From Octopus sinensis (taxonomy: Eukaryota): 64,000 nt of DNA. Of this stretch, positions 62,044 to 64,000 are shown piece by piece. The position numbers and the translations under genes were made by a program. Within the stretch, counting starts at the first letter, position 1, and every line of letters begins with the position of its first letter. The stretch is taken from NCBI RefSeq assembly GCF_006345805.1, contig NC_042998.1, positions 48,608,001-48,672,000 on the forward strand. The letters are read 5' to 3'. The notes below the pieces were generated by a model. It searched no databases and was not told the DNA's origin. It was given only the letters and a program-made list of their open reading frames with translations.

Positions 62044-62116
<73 letters not shown>

Positions 62117-62189
62117 GATATAAATAATATATATATGCATATATACATACATGTACATACTTACATTTATATGTATATACATATGCATA

Positions 62190-62830
62190 TATGGGTACAG
62201 GACATCAAGGAACATGAAAATCATGAAAAACAAGAACATGAAATACCAAAACATGGAAAACGAACTTTTTTGCGAACAACGAAAGAAACGTAGATAAGTG
62301 AGACAGGCAACATGAAGAACAATGCTCCCTTCATCAGTTGTCTACTATTTTATCTACGCCGCATCTGGAACGTTAGGACAAGGGGCGTCTTCGTCAAAGC
62401 AGTTGTTACCACAAAGTAAATTAAATAAAATTTGGGATTTGCAGAGGGTTAAAATTGGTAACAAAAACAGAAGAGCTAGATCAAATGGTAAGGGCTGTTA
62501 AGCCATAATGAGGTGAAGTGGGGAACGCTGGAAAAACAAGCTTTGACAGGAGACAGACAAAAAGCGTGCTGTGTCTTGTAGCTTAAGGAGAAAGAAATTC
62601 GAGTTAGAAGAAAGATGGCCGCTGGTCACGTGTGAGCAACGAGAGAGTCAAGGAGGAAGAGTAAGGGGGTGAGAGGGACAGATAGAGAACGGTGAAGGGG
62701 AGGAAAAGAATTAGAGAAAGGGTGGGAGAGAAAAATAGAAAGAAAGAAGAAAAGAATCAGAAGAATAGATAGTGATAGAATAGTATAGCATCGGAATTAT
62801 TAAGATAAAAGTTACTTGGAAACGGGTGCG
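62190..62830 (-). mobile_element. Penelope-like terminal repeat region with degenerate hammerhead-like motif
   Basis: Reverse complement TTGACGAAGAC-GCCCCTT-GTCCTAACGTT (62369-62397) and CTGATGAAGGG (62327-62337); homologous to 1-125. Confidence 0.45.
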
Positions 62831-62859
62831 TGGAGTTCGATCATATAATAATATAAATA

Positions 62860-62910
<51 letters not shown>

Positions 62911-62981
62911 ATGCATATATACATACATGTACATACATACATGTACATACATATATATGTATATACATATGCATATATGGG

Positions 62982-63039
<58 letters not shown>

Positions 63040-64000
63040 CATATATATACATATTATATATGTATATATATATATATAAGAGCGAAAGCGACATAGAACA
63101 TGCTTAAGAAAGCAATTGCTCCTCGTGGCTGACGTCGACTCACCACCAACAACAGCACAACCATCACCATCATTATCATAAATAAACTAAATTTTTTTTT
63201 TAAATTGTTTCATGTAAAATATCGTTTTTTTTATTATTCAAAATGTTGTTTTATGTGAATGATTGTTTTCCATTTATTTACTTATTTATTATTTAGATAT
63301 TGCTTTATATCAAAACAGAATAGTATTCCTTTCTGATGGTTTGCTAGTTTCTGGTTAATTACTGCAGAGTTCTGGTTTTCATCTATGTTTTCACAATAGA
63401 TAATTTTCGCATTTTATCTCTAATTATTGCCAGATTATCTCTTTGCTTGCGTATTTTTTTTAATATTTTTGTTTTACTGTAGTCTCCATTATATATTTGA
63501 TTCTCACGAAGCCTAGCCATTTTTCCCCCATTTGCTCAATCTCTCTCTATCGCTCGCTTAAATCTCTCTCAAATACATGAATCTATGTCTCTGTTTACGT
63601 GTATCTACGTATTAATATGTGATTTAAAGTATGGAGGATGCATACATTTATATGTTTATATGTGTGTGCAAGGGGTAACGTGTGCCTGTGTGTATGTGTT
63701 TGTGAGAGACAGAGGAAGTGTGAGAGGGATGGAGAGAGATGGAGAAACAGAGACGGAAAGGGAGAAAGAGAGAGAAGGGGAGAGGTTGAGAGAAAGGGAG
63801 TGTGAGAGAGGGGGAGAGTGAGAGTATGTATGCTTAATATTTTCTATGCGTTAGTAAGAATAGGCAAACTTAAATGATTGCTCAGTTCAGATAAACATCC
63901 AATTGCATTTTGCAAAGCAGAGGCGATGCGCTAATCAATACAGAATGTATATATAAACTCAGTCTCTCCGTACCCCATCCTTCCCTCTACATCTGGTGCC

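Overview
Very AT-rich, microsatellite-saturated eukaryotic intronic/intergenic DNA. The repeat families look like those of an octopod cephalopod (Octopus-like), which is recalled rather than searched. No host protein-coding exon, rRNA, genuine tRNA gene or CRISPR array can be supported, and nearly all listed ORFs are microsatellite translations. The window is a mosaic of mobile elements. It holds at least five tRNA-derived or LINE-tailed SINE families, some with 15-16 bp TSDs and some as tandem multimers, and a complete but decayed 1.26 kb Tc1 (DD34E) element plus a DD37D/maT mariner. It also holds several MITEs, a Helentron-type non-autonomous element, Penelope-like elements with minimal hammerhead motifs, and RTE, L1/Tx1-like and HERO-like remnants. 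Many R4/Dong-type REL retrotransposon pieces are nested in (TAA)n arrays at 21-23 kb and 33.8-39 kb. The most interesting observations are: (i) a hammerhead ribozyme core in non-circularly permuted strand order in the 3' UTR of a HERO-like element (20345-20403); (ii) a pri-miRNA-like hairpin in unique DNA (~26.0 kb); (iii) a tandem pair of minimal hammerheads (46.6-46.9 kb); (iv) a HINE that appears to have copied 160 bp of nearby DNA; (v) a TAA-associated non-coding element forming a repeat/microsatellite array at 43.9-45.0 kb. Coordinates were read by eye, and element ends may be off by a few bases.
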